Below are positions 34,937-43,720 of a DNA stretch of 64,000 bases, one piece after another. The DNA is from a virus (taxonomy: Duplodnaviria > Heunggongvirae > Uroviricota > Caudoviricetes). The DNA lies in IMG/VR virus record IMGVR_UViG_3300047317_000139. One strand, given 5' to 3'. The position numbers and the translations under genes are program-made. Each line of letters starts with the position of its first letter. Within the stretch, counting starts at the first letter, position 1. The notes under the pieces were generated by a model. It searched no databases. It saw only the letters and a list, made by a program, of their open reading frames with translations, and was not told where the DNA came from.

Positions 34937-36291
34937 GCCTCTCAGCCTTCGGGATCGACCACGGTGGCATCTCCAAGGCCGAGGACCCGAACCGGAAGAA
35001 GCAGGTCGCTGTAGCTGCCGGCGGCACTGCTGCGGCGGGCGGAGTCGGACTGGCTGCGACCAAGATCCCTGAGCACTCCCACTACGACAAGAAGACCCGG
35101 AAGTACCTGCACTCGCTCCCCGCGGGCGAGCACGAAGTGCCGACCTCGATGCTGTCGACGCGACCCAGGAAGCTCGGTGCTCGGAAGCAGCAGGCTCCGT
35201 ACGTGGCAGCGATGGCGCAGGAGCGTCCGCTGGAGTCCTTCCACGCCTCTCCGGTCCCGGTCACCCGATACAAGGGCAAGGGCCACCCCACCATCCAGCG
35301 GGACAACGCGCACACGGTGATGGCCAACGCGATGAAGGGCCGCACCACCAAGATCAAGATCGAGGATGCTCCTGGCTACCGCCCGAACCGGAGGACTGGC
35401 GAAGAGCTGGTCAGACGCGGGCAGATGCGGTATCAGCAGCGCCGGCTGAAGCTGCACACCAACCTCTCGGAGAAGGCGATCGAGGGGATCCGAGGGAAGT
35501 ACACCGACAAGTCCCGAGCGGCCAACACGACCAAGCGCCCGCACGGGGTGGTAGAGGACACCCTGAAGTACAACCCGAAGAAGTACTCGGTGGCCCGAGC
35601 GGTGGGACGAGCCGGGAACCTCGCGGCAGTGGTGAAGAGGGATGATCGCCGGGGGCGAGACACAGCCGCCGGCGTCACCGGGGCGGCTGGGGTAGGAGCG
35701 CTGGCATCTACGCCGGTGCGGCGCTCAGCGGCCAAGGTGGATGTCTCCGGCGGCTCGATGAGCGCGTCTGACGCCAAGAAGGTCGTCTCTCCTGGATACC
35801 GCCCTGGGAACAAGCGCGCGATCCGGACGATGGCCGCGAACCTGGGTCACCTGGAGAACAAGCCCACCACGGTGGTCAGGTACAAGGGCGGACACGTGGT
35901 CCCCTTCGACGGGAACCACCGAGCCTCTGCTCGGGTCGCACGCGGGGACGCACGAGTCCCGGTGAACGTGGTCGAGGGCGGCGAGCGCCCTGCGGTCTCC
36001 GTGGCTCGGAACGCCTACCACGTCGCTCAGCAGAAGGTGCACCAGTCGCGGCTGGACCGGGACGTGTTCAAGCCCAACTCCAAGATCGGCCGGCACGCTG
36101 GTGAGACCAAGGCCTACTCTGCGATCGCCAACGCATCTCCGCTCCGGTCCGGGAAGCGAGTCGCGATCGGGTCCACCAAGCTAGGTTCGGGCCCGACCAA
36201 GGCAGTGTTGAGGACCAAGCAGGGTCTGGCGCTGGGTGCCAGTGCCGCGCTACTGGGTACCTCTGCTCACCTGCACAGGAAGAAGAGCTGA
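34933..36291 (+). CDS. very basic (Lys/Arg-rich) protein, 452 aa, with the N-terminal MSLSAFGIDHGGISK motif (family member 2); putative internal virion/DNA-associated protein
   Basis: ATGA overlap with the upstream gene. Strongly basic composition. The shared N-terminal motif is present. The table ORF 34831..36291 starts upstream inside the previous gene. Confidence 0.5.
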   Translation: MSLSAFGIDHGGISKAEDPNRKKQVAVAAGGTAAAGGVGLAATKIPEHSHYDKKTRKYLHSLPAGEHEVPTSMLSTRPRKLGARKQQAPYVAAMAQERPLESFHASPVPVTRYKGKGHPTIQRDNAHTVMANAMKGRTTKIKIEDAPGYRPNRRTGEELVRRGQMRYQQRRLKLHTNLSEKAIEGIRGKYTDKSRAANTTKRPHGVVEDTLKYNPKKYSVARAVGRAGNLAAVVKRDDRRGRDTAAGVTGAAGVGALASTPVRRSAAKVDVSGGSMSASDAKKVVSPGYRPGNKRAIRTMAANLGHLENKPTTVVRYKGGHVVPFDGNHRASARVARGDARVPVNVVEGGERPAVSVARNAYHVAQQKVHQSRLDRDVFKPNSKIGRHAGETKAYSAIANASPLRSGKRVAIGSTKLGSGPTKAVLRTKQGLALGASAALLGTSAHLHRKKS

Positions 36292-37166
36292 TGAAGCCAC
36301 TCATGAGCGACGCGGAGATGCGTCGTCGGCAGAAGCTGCAGGGCAAGATCGGCCGGACCACCTCCACGCTGGGCCTGTCCGGAGTGGCGCTGACCGGTGC
36401 TGCGATCGCGACCAAGAAGAAGCCAGGCGCGCTGAAGGCAGTCACCAAGGTCCCAGGACTCAGCCGAGTCAGCCATGGTGGTCTGAAGAACGCCGCCTTC
36501 CACACCTCGATCGCGGCTGGCGGCATCGGCGGTGTAGGAGGGTTCAACCAGGCAGCGATCTACTCGGCAGAGTCCAGGAAGCGCAAGGCAGCGACTGTGG
36601 TGAAGAAGGAGTTCGGCATGGAGATGGGCTACTACGGGGAGGAAGGCCGTCCCCTCACTCACCAGCAGATCGAGGCCGAGATCGAGAAGGCCTGGACGCC
36701 ATCGGCCTCCAACTTCGACTCCGAGCGCAGCCGGCACCGACGTACTGGTGCCTACCAGGCCGGGGCCATGGCAGCTGCCGGTGCTGGTGGTGCGTACGCC
36801 GCCCGGCACGGGGTGAAGGCCGTACAGCAGGGCAAGAAGATCCAGTCGATCCCGGACTCGGCTCAGATCAAGACGGTCGAGGAGACGGTCAGGCCGAAGG
36901 CAGGCAAGGAGTTCACCCGGAACGTGAAGCGGGCCGGGAAGACGTTCCGGGCTCTCGACGCGGACGTGGTCGGGCGGACCCTGAAGCATGGGGGCAAGGC
37001 CGGGCTCGGGCTGGCGGCGGTCGGTGGCGCGGCTGCCACTCACTCCGCGATCAACCGAAAGAAGAGCGGTTCCTGGCAGTCGTACGCCAAGCGCGATGCC
37101 ACATCAGCGTTCGGAGTCGATCACAGCGACAACCCGAATGGACAGCACCGTGAGACTGAGAACTAG
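36291..37166 (+). CDS. Gly/Ala/Lys-rich head-module protein with a C-terminal ...SAFGVDHSDNP motif-like segment
   Basis: ORF table. Gly-rich and low in complexity. Near its C-terminus there is a copy of the SAFG(V)DH peptide. Confidence 0.45.
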   Translation: MKPLMSDAEMRRRQKLQGKIGRTTSTLGLSGVALTGAAIATKKKPGALKAVTKVPGLSRVSHGGLKNAAFHTSIAAGGIGGVGGFNQAAIYSAESRKRKAATVVKKEFGMEMGYYGEEGRPLTHQQIEAEIEKAWTPSASNFDSERSRHRRTGAYQAGAMAAAGAGGAYAARHGVKAVQQGKKIQSIPDSAQIKTVEETVRPKAGKEFTRNVKRAGKTFRALDADVVGRTLKHGGKAGLGLAAVGGAAATHSAINRKKSGSWQSYAKRDATSAFGVDHSDNPNGQHRETEN

Positions 37167-37177
37167 AGGTAGATGAG

Positions 37178-37996
37178 ATGCCACGACCGAAGAACAACCT
37201 GACTGACATGGAGATCGACGAGATCTCCACCGTCGACAAGGCCGCGAACCAGCACTCACGGTTCGTCATCGCGAAGCGGGCTCCCGAGGAGGAAGAGATG
37301 CCCAAGCTCTACAACCAGGAGGGCCAGCCCCTCGACGAGGACCAGCTGGAGTTCGGCGACATCGTGTACGACGACACAGGCGCTGCCTACGAGTACGTCG
37401 AGAACGAGGTCGAGGACGAAGCTGTCGAGAAGGAAGAGGACCAGCCAGTGCCCGAGCTCGCAGGAGTGGGCAAGTCGGCGTTCTTCGAGAAGCAGGCCAA
37501 GGCCGGCAGCTTCAGCGCATCGGTGATGGAGGAGCTCAGCAAGGCGTTCTCCGACAAGGACCGTGACGCGGTCATCGCCAAGGCGCTCGGTCGGGTCGAG
37601 GAGCTGGAGAAGGCTCAGGCCGAGTCCACGAAGATCGCCAAGGCCGAGCGCGACCTGCGCCTGACCCGTGAGTACATCTCCAAGGCGGCGGAGTACAACC
37701 TCCCGATCCCCGCCCAGGAGCTCGGCCCGGTGCTCTACCGGATGGCCGAGACCATGAGCTTCGAGGACTGCTCGGTGATCGCCAAGGCTCTGGAGACGGC
37801 GGGCGAGATCATCTTCGAGGAGAAGGGCTACACGGGCGGCGGCGACAACTCCGACGTGTACTCCCAGGTCGAGGCTCACGCCTACGAGGCCTTCGGCAAG
37901 GCCGAGAACTTCGACGCTGTCTCAGCCATCAACACGGTGTTCGACCAGAATCCGGACGCCTACGACGAGTACCTGCGCTCGCAGCAGGCCCGGTAG
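37178..37996 (+). CDS. scaffolding protein (acidic, helical/coiled-coil)
   Basis: Acidic and Glu/Ala-rich, immediately upstream of the decoration-like and capsid genes. Confidence 0.5.
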   Translation: MPRPKNNLTDMEIDEISTVDKAANQHSRFVIAKRAPEEEEMPKLYNQEGQPLDEDQLEFGDIVYDDTGAAYEYVENEVEDEAVEKEEDQPVPELAGVGKSAFFEKQAKAGSFSASVMEELSKAFSDKDRDAVIAKALGRVEELEKAQAESTKIAKAERDLRLTREYISKAAEYNLPIPAQELGPVLYRMAETMSFEDCSVIAKALETAGEIIFEEKGYTGGGDNSDVYSQVEAHAYEAFGKAENFDAVSAINTVFDQNPDAYDEYLRSQQAR

Positions 37997-38011
37997 GAGG
38001 GGAAGTAGCTC

Positions 38012-38413
38012 ATGGCCTACGAAGAGAGCCTACGGTCGATCACGCTGAACGCGGACTCGTCCCTGGGCATCTACACGGGAGTCCCGGGTCAGCCCGGTTC
38101 CCCTGATCCGCACGGAGGGCGTCAGTACCACTTCGTGAAGGTGACCGGGGTCCACCAGGTTGGTCTCGGTGACGGCACCGGCCCCTGCATCGGAGTGATG
38201 CAGAACAAGCCGCAGGGGACCGGGCAGGCGGCTACCGTCGCCATCGCCGGTGTCTCCAAGGTGGTTGCCGACGCACCGATCACTGCCGGGGCCAAGGTCC
38301 AGGTGAGTGCGGATGGCCAGGCCACCAGTGCTGGTGCCACCGCGGTCGTCGGAATCGCACTGTCCACTGCCGCCAACGCTGGAGAACTCGTCAACGTTCT
38401 CCTGACGATCTGA
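38012..38413 (+). CDS. putative head decoration / capsid accessory protein (133 aa, Gly/Ala/Val-rich beta protein)
   Basis: Position between scaffold and major capsid. The composition resembles small phage decoration proteins. Confidence 0.35.
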   Translation: MAYEESLRSITLNADSSLGIYTGVPGQPGSPDPHGGRQYHFVKVTGVHQVGLGDGTGPCIGVMQNKPQGTGQAATVAIAGVSKVVADAPITAGAKVQVSADGQATSAGATAVVGIALSTAANAGELVNVLLTI

Positions 38414-38426
38414 GAGGAGAGAAGCC

Positions 38427-39425
38427 ATGCCGAACCCCACTCAGAGCGATCTCCACGTCAACGTGCCGCTGACCAACGTCAGCGTTGCGTACATGCAGGA
38501 CAAGGCGCAGTTCATCGCGGACAAGGTCTTCCCGCGTGTGCCAGTGCAGAAGCAGAGCGATCTGTACTGGAAGTACTCCAAGTCCGACTGGCGCAGGACC
38601 GACGCGCAGAAGCGCGCCCCCGGCACCGAGACGGCTGGAGTCGGCTGGAAGGTCGACACGGGGCAGTACTTCTGCGAGGTCTGGGGTGTCCACAAGGACA
38701 TCGACGACCAGGTCCGCGCGAACGCCGACTCGAACTGGAGGCTCGACTCTGACGCCACCACGTTCGTCACCAACCAGCTCCTGCTCCGGCGGGACCTGGA
38801 CTGGAACGCCAAGTTCTTCACCACCGGCCAGTGGGGTACCGACCTCGCCGGCGTGACCGGGACGGTCGGCGCAGGGCAGTTCCTGCAGTGGAGCGACCCG
38901 GCCTCGGACCCGATCGTGCAGTTCTCCGATCTGCAGACGAACTTCGTGGAGCAGTCAGGCCGCAAGGCCAACACGCTGGTCCTCGGTGCTCGGACGATCA
39001 CTCAGCTGAAGAACCACCCGGACATCATCGACCGCATCAAGTACACCCAGCGTGGTGTGGTGACCACCGACCTCCTCGCGTCGCTCTTCGACGTCGAGCG
39101 GATCCTGGTCAGCTACGCGACGGTGACCGGTGTGGCCGAGCTGAACGACGCCAAGGCGCAGGACGCTGCCGCGACGTACAGCTTCATGTCCAACTCCAAG
39201 TCGGCGCTGCTGGTCTACACCCCCAGCTCGCCGTCCCTGATGACCCCGGCCGGCGGCTACACCTTCACCTGGAACGGGTACCTGGCTGGCAACAGCTACG
39301 GGATCCGGATGAAGAACTTCCGGATGGAGCCGATCGCTGCGGACCGCATCGAGGGCGAGATGACCTACGACATGCGGGTGGTCGCCAAGGACATGGGCAT
39401 CTTCCTGTCCAACGCGGTGGCGTAG
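38427..39425 (+). CDS. major capsid protein
   Basis: 332 aa, preceded by the scaffold gene and followed by a strong hairpin, as expected for a highly expressed capsid gene. Confidence 0.6.
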   Translation: MPNPTQSDLHVNVPLTNVSVAYMQDKAQFIADKVFPRVPVQKQSDLYWKYSKSDWRRTDAQKRAPGTETAGVGWKVDTGQYFCEVWGVHKDIDDQVRANADSNWRLDSDATTFVTNQLLLRRDLDWNAKFFTTGQWGTDLAGVTGTVGAGQFLQWSDPASDPIVQFSDLQTNFVEQSGRKANTLVLGARTITQLKNHPDIIDRIKYTQRGVVTTDLLASLFDVERILVSYATVTGVAELNDAKAQDAAATYSFMSNSKSALLVYTPSSPSLMTPAGGYTFTWNGYLAGNSYGIRMKNFRMEPIAADRIEGEMTYDMRVVAKDMGIFLSNAVA

Positions 39426-39438
39426 TCAGATCTACTCT

Positions 39439-39474
39439 GAGACGGGCTGTGGGTTTCGGCCCGCGGCCCGTCTC
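39439..39474 (+). terminator. stem-loop (9-bp stem GAGACGGGC/GCCCGTCTC) immediately downstream of the capsid gene
   Basis: Perfect 9-bp inverted repeat with an ~18-nt loop, followed by TCTGGTT. This is the classic position for a partial terminator or stability element after the major capsid gene. Confidence 0.35.
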
Positions 39475-39483
39475 TGGTTAGGA

Positions 39484-40038
39484 GTGCAGATGGCCATCCA
39501 GCTGCTGAAGAACGACGGGATCTCCTTCGTCGCGGCCAAGAACTTCACGTACGCCGGCGAGGAGTACGTGATGGGGCAGGAGTTCCCCCAGGAGAAGGCC
39601 AAGAACATCGAGACGCTCGTCCGCGCTCGGTTCGTGATCCCGGTCCTCGAAGAGGGCGCGCTGCGTCCTCGGCACTGGCACACCCATGTCCGCACCCGCG
39701 AGGAGGCGGAGGAGTACCTGAACCGGGACCGGGTGCAGCTGGTCTGGCCTGCGGAGCCGGACACCCAGGTAGACCTGGAGGTGCTCACCAACCCCGAGCT
39801 CACTCCTGAGCCGGAGGGAGATGGCGAGGATGCCCTGGCTCCTGCTGAAGATTCTGTGGAAGAGCCTCCTGCTGACCCTGAGCCGCCGGAGAGCCTCGAA
39901 GAGACCTACGACCCGGCTGAGCACAACGTAGACGCGGTCCTGGAGTACCTGGACGAGCATCCTGAGCAGCGGGACGCGGTCCTGGCGATGGAACGCGCAG
40001 GACGCGGTCGCAAGGGGCTCCTGGGAGACGATGAGTGA
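39484..40038 (+). CDS. hypothetical head-module protein (184 aa, acidic Pro/Glu-rich C-terminus)
   Basis: ORF table; GGAG RBS. Confidence 0.45.
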   Translation: MQMAIQLLKNDGISFVAAKNFTYAGEEYVMGQEFPQEKAKNIETLVRARFVIPVLEEGALRPRHWHTHVRTREEAEEYLNRDRVQLVWPAEPDTQVDLEVLTNPELTPEPEGDGEDALAPAEDSVEEPPADPEPPESLEETYDPAEHNVDAVLEYLDEHPEQRDAVLAMERAGRGRKGLLGDDE

Positions 40039-40340
40039 TGGAGAGCGCATTCGGCGTTGACCACGGCTCCGAGGAGATCTCGAAGCTGGGACTGAAGCCG
40101 CCTGGCATGGGCACGCTGAAGCCGATGGTCCAAGGGATGCAGAGCGCGTTCAAGATGGGCGCTCAGGGCGTGCACGGCCCAGCAGCTTCGGTTGGTGCTG
40201 GGCGCGCGATGGGCGCTGGTGCGATGACCCGCAAGGTCGGCCAGTTCGGGATGAAGAACAAGAAGCCGCTGGCCATCGGCGCAGGAGCAGCTGGCGCTGG
40301 TGCTGCTGGAGGCATGCTCACGAGCCGTAGGCGGTTCTGA
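40038..40340 (+). CDS. small basic Gly/Ala-rich protein with the N-terminal MESAFGVDHGSEEISK motif (family member 3)
   Basis: ATG at 40038 (or GTG at 40035) overlaps the upstream stop. The shared N-terminal peptide is present. Confidence 0.5.
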   Translation: MESAFGVDHGSEEISKLGLKPPGMGTLKPMVQGMQSAFKMGAQGVHGPAASVGAGRAMGAGAMTRKVGQFGMKNKKPLAIGAGAAGAGAAGGMLTSRRRF

Positions 40341-40660
40341 TGCAGAGCGCGTGGGGGATCGAGCACGGGGACGCGGTCTCCAAGATGCGCCTGCCCCGTC
40401 GACTGGTGGGTCCGAAGCCACCCCCTCCGGGGGCCCAGCGAGCTCCGTCTCGGGCCACTCAGATCAAGGGCAAGCTGAACCGCCTGGGAGAGAAGGACAT
40501 CTCCGTCAAGGAGCTGGGCGCGAGCGCGGGACGTGGCGTGGGCAACGTCGGTAGGTTCATGCAGAACCGTCCCGGTCTCACCGGTACTGCACTGGTGGGA
40601 GGAGGCGGCGCGGCGGGCTACAAGCTCGTGAACGACAGGTCCAGGAAGAAGACGCGCTGA
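40340..40660 (+). CDS. small basic Gly-rich protein with the N-terminal MQSAWGIEHGDAVSK motif (family member 4)
   Basis: Tandem paralogue of the preceding gene. ATG overlaps the upstream TGA. Confidence 0.5.
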   Translation: MQSAWGIEHGDAVSKMRLPRRLVGPKPPPPGAQRAPSRATQIKGKLNRLGEKDISVKELGASAGRGVGNVGRFMQNRPGLTGTALVGGGGAAGYKLVNDRSRKKTR

Positions 40661-41181
40661 TGACCGGTACCTACACCTATGACGTGCCAGGAGCCTCTGA
40701 GGTAGACACCCAGCGATTCCTGATCCAGGACACTGGCCCCGGTGCTCACCAGTCCGGTGACTGGATGATCTCCAACGAGGAGATCCAGTGGGCCTACGAC
40801 ACCTGGTACCCGCTCTACCACTCCGAGTACTACGTGGCCTCGATCCTGGCCGACACCATCGCTGCCAGGTTCGCCAACGAGGCGTCCTACTCCGCTGATG
40901 GCGTGAGCGTGAACCTGGGCCCGGTCGGAGACCAGTACCGAGCCCTCGCGGAGAAGCTGCGGGAGCAGTACAAGGCCGCGAACGTGGGCACTCTGGTGGA
41001 TGCCGGCGGGATCAGCCCCAACGAGCCCCTGGAGCCTGACACCAAGCCGTTCGCCTTCGGCAAGGGCATGCACGACAACCTGGAGGCCGGCGCTCAGGAC
41101 TACGGCGGGGTCTACCCGCCTGATGTCCCGATCACCGGGAACATGAACGTGCCGGACTACGAGAAGATCGTCGAGCCGTGA
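40660..41181 (+). CDS. putative head-tail connector/adaptor protein
   Basis: Position and size within the connector block. Confidence 0.35.
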   Translation: MTGTYTYDVPGASEVDTQRFLIQDTGPGAHQSGDWMISNEEIQWAYDTWYPLYHSEYYVASILADTIAARFANEASYSADGVSVNLGPVGDQYRALAEKLREQYKAANVGTLVDAGGISPNEPLEPDTKPFAFGKGMHDNLEAGAQDYGGVYPPDVPITGNMNVPDYEKIVEP

Positions 41182-41594
41182 CGACCAATCCGATCTCCGA
41201 TCACGCGATCGCCTACGTGCGCGGGCAGGCCACAGCGGTGATGACCACCACCTGCCAGATCTTCAGTCGTGAGGTCCCAGAGGCCTACGACGAGGAGACC
41301 CTGGTCTACACCGCGGCGGGTCTGGCGCAGATGGTCTACGAGGGCGTCTGTCGGATCTGGGAGGTGGCCAACTCGTCCTCGGTGATAGTCGGCGACACCG
41401 ACGTGTACCAGCAGACCACCAACCTCTCGATCCCCTGGGACACCACTGCGGTGATCAAGCGCTACGACGAGGTGATCATCGTCGACGAGCCCAACGACCC
41501 ACAGATGGCCGGCAGGCGTTACGAGATCCAGACGGTGGCCAAGGCTGGTGCGATGCGCGCGACCCGGCGCTTCGAGGTCACCGGGATCATGTGA
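41178..41594 (+). CDS. putative head closure / connector protein
   Basis: Position; coupled to its neighbours. Confidence 0.35.
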   Translation: MTTNPISDHAIAYVRGQATAVMTTTCQIFSREVPEAYDEETLVYTAAGLAQMVYEGVCRIWEVANSSSVIVGDTDVYQQTTNLSIPWDTTAVIKRYDEVIIVDEPNDPQMAGRRYEIQTVAKAGAMRATRRFEVTGIM

Positions 41595-42052
41595 TGGGGG
41601 CAGTCGGACAGGCTGACATCTCCAAGCTGGCGGACGCACTCCGGCAGACCGCAGACGACTCCCAGATCACCACTCAGCAGGTACTGGTCCAGAGCGCCAA
41701 CCAGATCCTGGCGGAGATGGAGGCGCTGGTTCCGGTCGACACCGGCAGGCTGCGCACTTCATTGCAGATCCGGGTGGACACAGACCGGGTCATCATCGGA
41801 CCCAACGAGAACATCGCTCCGTACGGCGGCTACGTCGAGTTCGGCACCAAGCCCCACACGATCGTCCCGAAGAAGCCGGGTGGCGTCCTGGTGTTCAAGA
41901 TGAACGGCCAGACCGTCTACACCAAGAAGGTCCGGCACCCGGGCACCAAGGCTCAGCCGTACGTCCGCCCTGCGTTTGAGGCATGGGTGGACTCCCTTGG
42001 GACGATGGCAGCAGAGGCCAACATCAAGGTGCTGAAGGACGGTGCGAGGTAG
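41591..42052 (+). CDS. HK97 gp10-family tail-component protein
   Basis: The segment LVPVDTGRLRTSLQIRVD...GGYVEFGT resembles the HK97 gp10 family signature. Confidence 0.5.
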   Translation: MMGAVGQADISKLADALRQTADDSQITTQQVLVQSANQILAEMEALVPVDTGRLRTSLQIRVDTDRVIIGPNENIAPYGGYVEFGTKPHTIVPKKPGGVLVFKMNGQTVYTKKVRHPGTKAQPYVRPAFEAWVDSLGTMAAEANIKVLKDGAR

Positions 42053-42516
42053 TGCCAAGCTCCATCTCACGAGGACCGATCACCACTCGGCTGCTGGGCG
42101 AACTGGCGACCGAGGGGTTCCCTGTGGGCGACAACGCCTCACCGACTGCCCCGTTCGGGTGGCAGGGAGAGCCGAACGAGCCCGGGACCACCTTCACCCC
42201 GTGGCTCTCCCTGTCCCCTGGCGCAGCCACCCTCCAGAGCCCCGGAGGGGCGATGGGGGACAGCCAGTCCGAGTGGCGTCTGTCCTACTCGGTGGTCTAC
42301 GCCGGCATCTCCAGGAAGCAGACGGAGGCGCTGGCTGACCGGATGAGGATGAACCTGACGAACATCGCCAGGGAGAACGTGGACTCCGACACAGGTCCAT
42401 GGAGGATCCAGAAGATCACGTGCACCACGATCGGCAACACCAACCGGATCGGGTCTGCCTATCCGGACTACTTCACACAAGCAGACTCGTTCGAGGTCTG
42501 GGTCACGAAGGGATAG
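42052..42516 (+). CDS. putative tail terminator / tail completion protein
   Basis: The GTG start overlaps the upstream TAG, in the open frame of table ORF 41983..42516. Position before the major tail protein. Confidence 0.35.
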   Translation: MPSSISRGPITTRLLGELATEGFPVGDNASPTAPFGWQGEPNEPGTTFTPWLSLSPGAATLQSPGGAMGDSQSEWRLSYSVVYAGISRKQTEALADRMRMNLTNIARENVDSDTGPWRIQKITCTTIGNTNRIGSAYPDYFTQADSFEVWVTKG

Positions 42517-42519
42517 CAC

Positions 42520-42720
42520 ATGCCACGAGCTCAGCAGATCAAGATCACCAAGGACGGCGAAGAGGGCTTCGTCCTCCGCGAGTCGGTCAAGGCGTGGGAG
42601 CGCAACGGCTGGACGGTTGCGGATGATGAGAGTAGTGAGACAGAAGCTGCCAAGGTCACCGAGAAGCCAGCGGAGACCCAGGCTGCAGCGAAGAAGACGA
42701 CCACGAGGAAGGCTGACTGA
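42520..42720 (+). CDS. hypothetical small protein (66 aa)
   Basis: ORF table. Confidence 0.4.
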   Translation: MPRAQQIKITKDGEEGFVLRESVKAWERNGWTVADDESSETEAAKVTEKPAETQAAAKKTTTRKAD

Positions 42721-43199
42721 TGGCCCGGATCATCCCGAATGAGAACACCTGGATCGGGTTCTCCACTGCCACGATCAGTGACATCGAGGCCCCGACCGCT
42801 GCACAGGTTGCAGCTGCGATCGACCTGACCGGCTACTGCATCAGCCTCAACGCCTCCGCGCGCGGCAACACGGTGCCGACCCCTGCGTTCGACAGTCTCT
42901 TCGAGACCAGCACTGCTGGTACCTCGGCAGCGACCTTCGACGCGGACTTCTACCGAGACGACGAGGAAGACACGGCCTGGGAGACTCTCCCGCGCGGTAC
43001 CCGTGGCTTCTTCATCATCGCCCGGTTCGGTGGCAAGGGCCCAGCCAACCTCCCTGAGGCGACCGACGAGGTCGAGGTCTGGCCGGTGATGGTGACGTCG
43101 CGGACGATGGCGAACATGAGCTCCAACACGGTGCTCACCTTCACCGCGTCCTGCTCGGTGAACATCGAGCCCGCCGAGGCCGCGATCGTCGCAGCGTAG
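42720..43199 (+). CDS. major tail protein
   Basis: 159 aa. It lies immediately upstream of the chaperone pair and the tape measure and is followed by a strong hairpin. Confidence 0.5.
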   Translation: MARIIPNENTWIGFSTATISDIEAPTAAQVAAAIDLTGYCISLNASARGNTVPTPAFDSLFETSTAGTSAATFDADFYRDDEEDTAWETLPRGTRGFFIIARFGGKGPANLPEATDEVEVWPVMVTSRTMANMSSNTVLTFTASCSVNIEPAEAAIVAA

Positions 43200-43204
43200 G
43201 TCCT

Positions 43205-43243
43205 GGCGGAGGGATAGCATCAGATCGACTACATCCCTCCGCC
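43205..43243 (+). terminator. strong stem-loop (11-bp perfect stem GGCGGAGGGAT/ATCCCTCCGCC, 17-nt loop) after the major tail protein gene
   Basis: Perfect inverted repeat read directly from the sequence. This is the classic attenuator position between the major tail protein and the chaperones. Confidence 0.4.
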
Positions 43244-43256
43244 CAGGAAGCGACCG

Positions 43257-43694
43257 ATGCCTACACCTCCAGCAGCCAAGACCGTCGAAGCCCGTCAGAA
43301 GCAGTCGACCGCGTCCAAGCGCGCCACCCTCGACCAGCTGGTCAACAAGCCTCGTTCGGTCACCGAGTTCTCGCTGTACCTCAGCGATGGCAACGGTGGC
43401 ACGAACGAGGTGACCCTGAAGTACCAGGCGATCGGGATGCGGGCCTACGACCGCCTGGTCGCGAAGCATCCGCCGAAGCCGGAGCAGCGTGCAGAGGGCT
43501 CCAGCTTCGACATCGACTCGTTCGCGCCGGCGCTGATCGCGGCCTGCTCGGTAGAGCCTGAGCTGTCCCCGGCCGAGGCCAAGCAGATCTGGGAGTCCGA
43601 CGACTGGTCTCGCGGCGACGTGATGGTGCTGTTCCGGAACGCTGTGGAGCTCAACAACCGGGGGCTCGACATCCCTTTCAGCGTGAGCGGCTGA
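43257..43694 (+). CDS. tail assembly chaperone (G-like)
   Basis: Position between major tail protein and tape measure. A slippery heptamer lies near the 3' end, with an overlapping downstream -1 frame. Confidence 0.5.
   Translation: MPTPPAAKTVEARQKQSTASKRATLDQLVNKPRSVTEFSLYLSDGNGGTNEVTLKYQAIGMRAYDRLVAKHPPKPEQRAEGSSFDIDSFAPALIAACSVEPELSPAEAKQIWESDDWSRGDVMVLFRNAVELNNRGLDIPFSVSG
43673..43679 (+). other. candidate -1 programmed ribosomal frameshift site C_CCT_TTC (XXXYYYZ) near the end of the chaperone ORF
   Basis: The heptamer CCCTTTC is in the 0 frame as C CCT TTC. The -1 frame is open from here into ORF 43721..44047. Confidence 0.4.
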
Positions 43695-43720
43695 GGAAGG
43701 ATCGCAACTTCTACCTAGAG

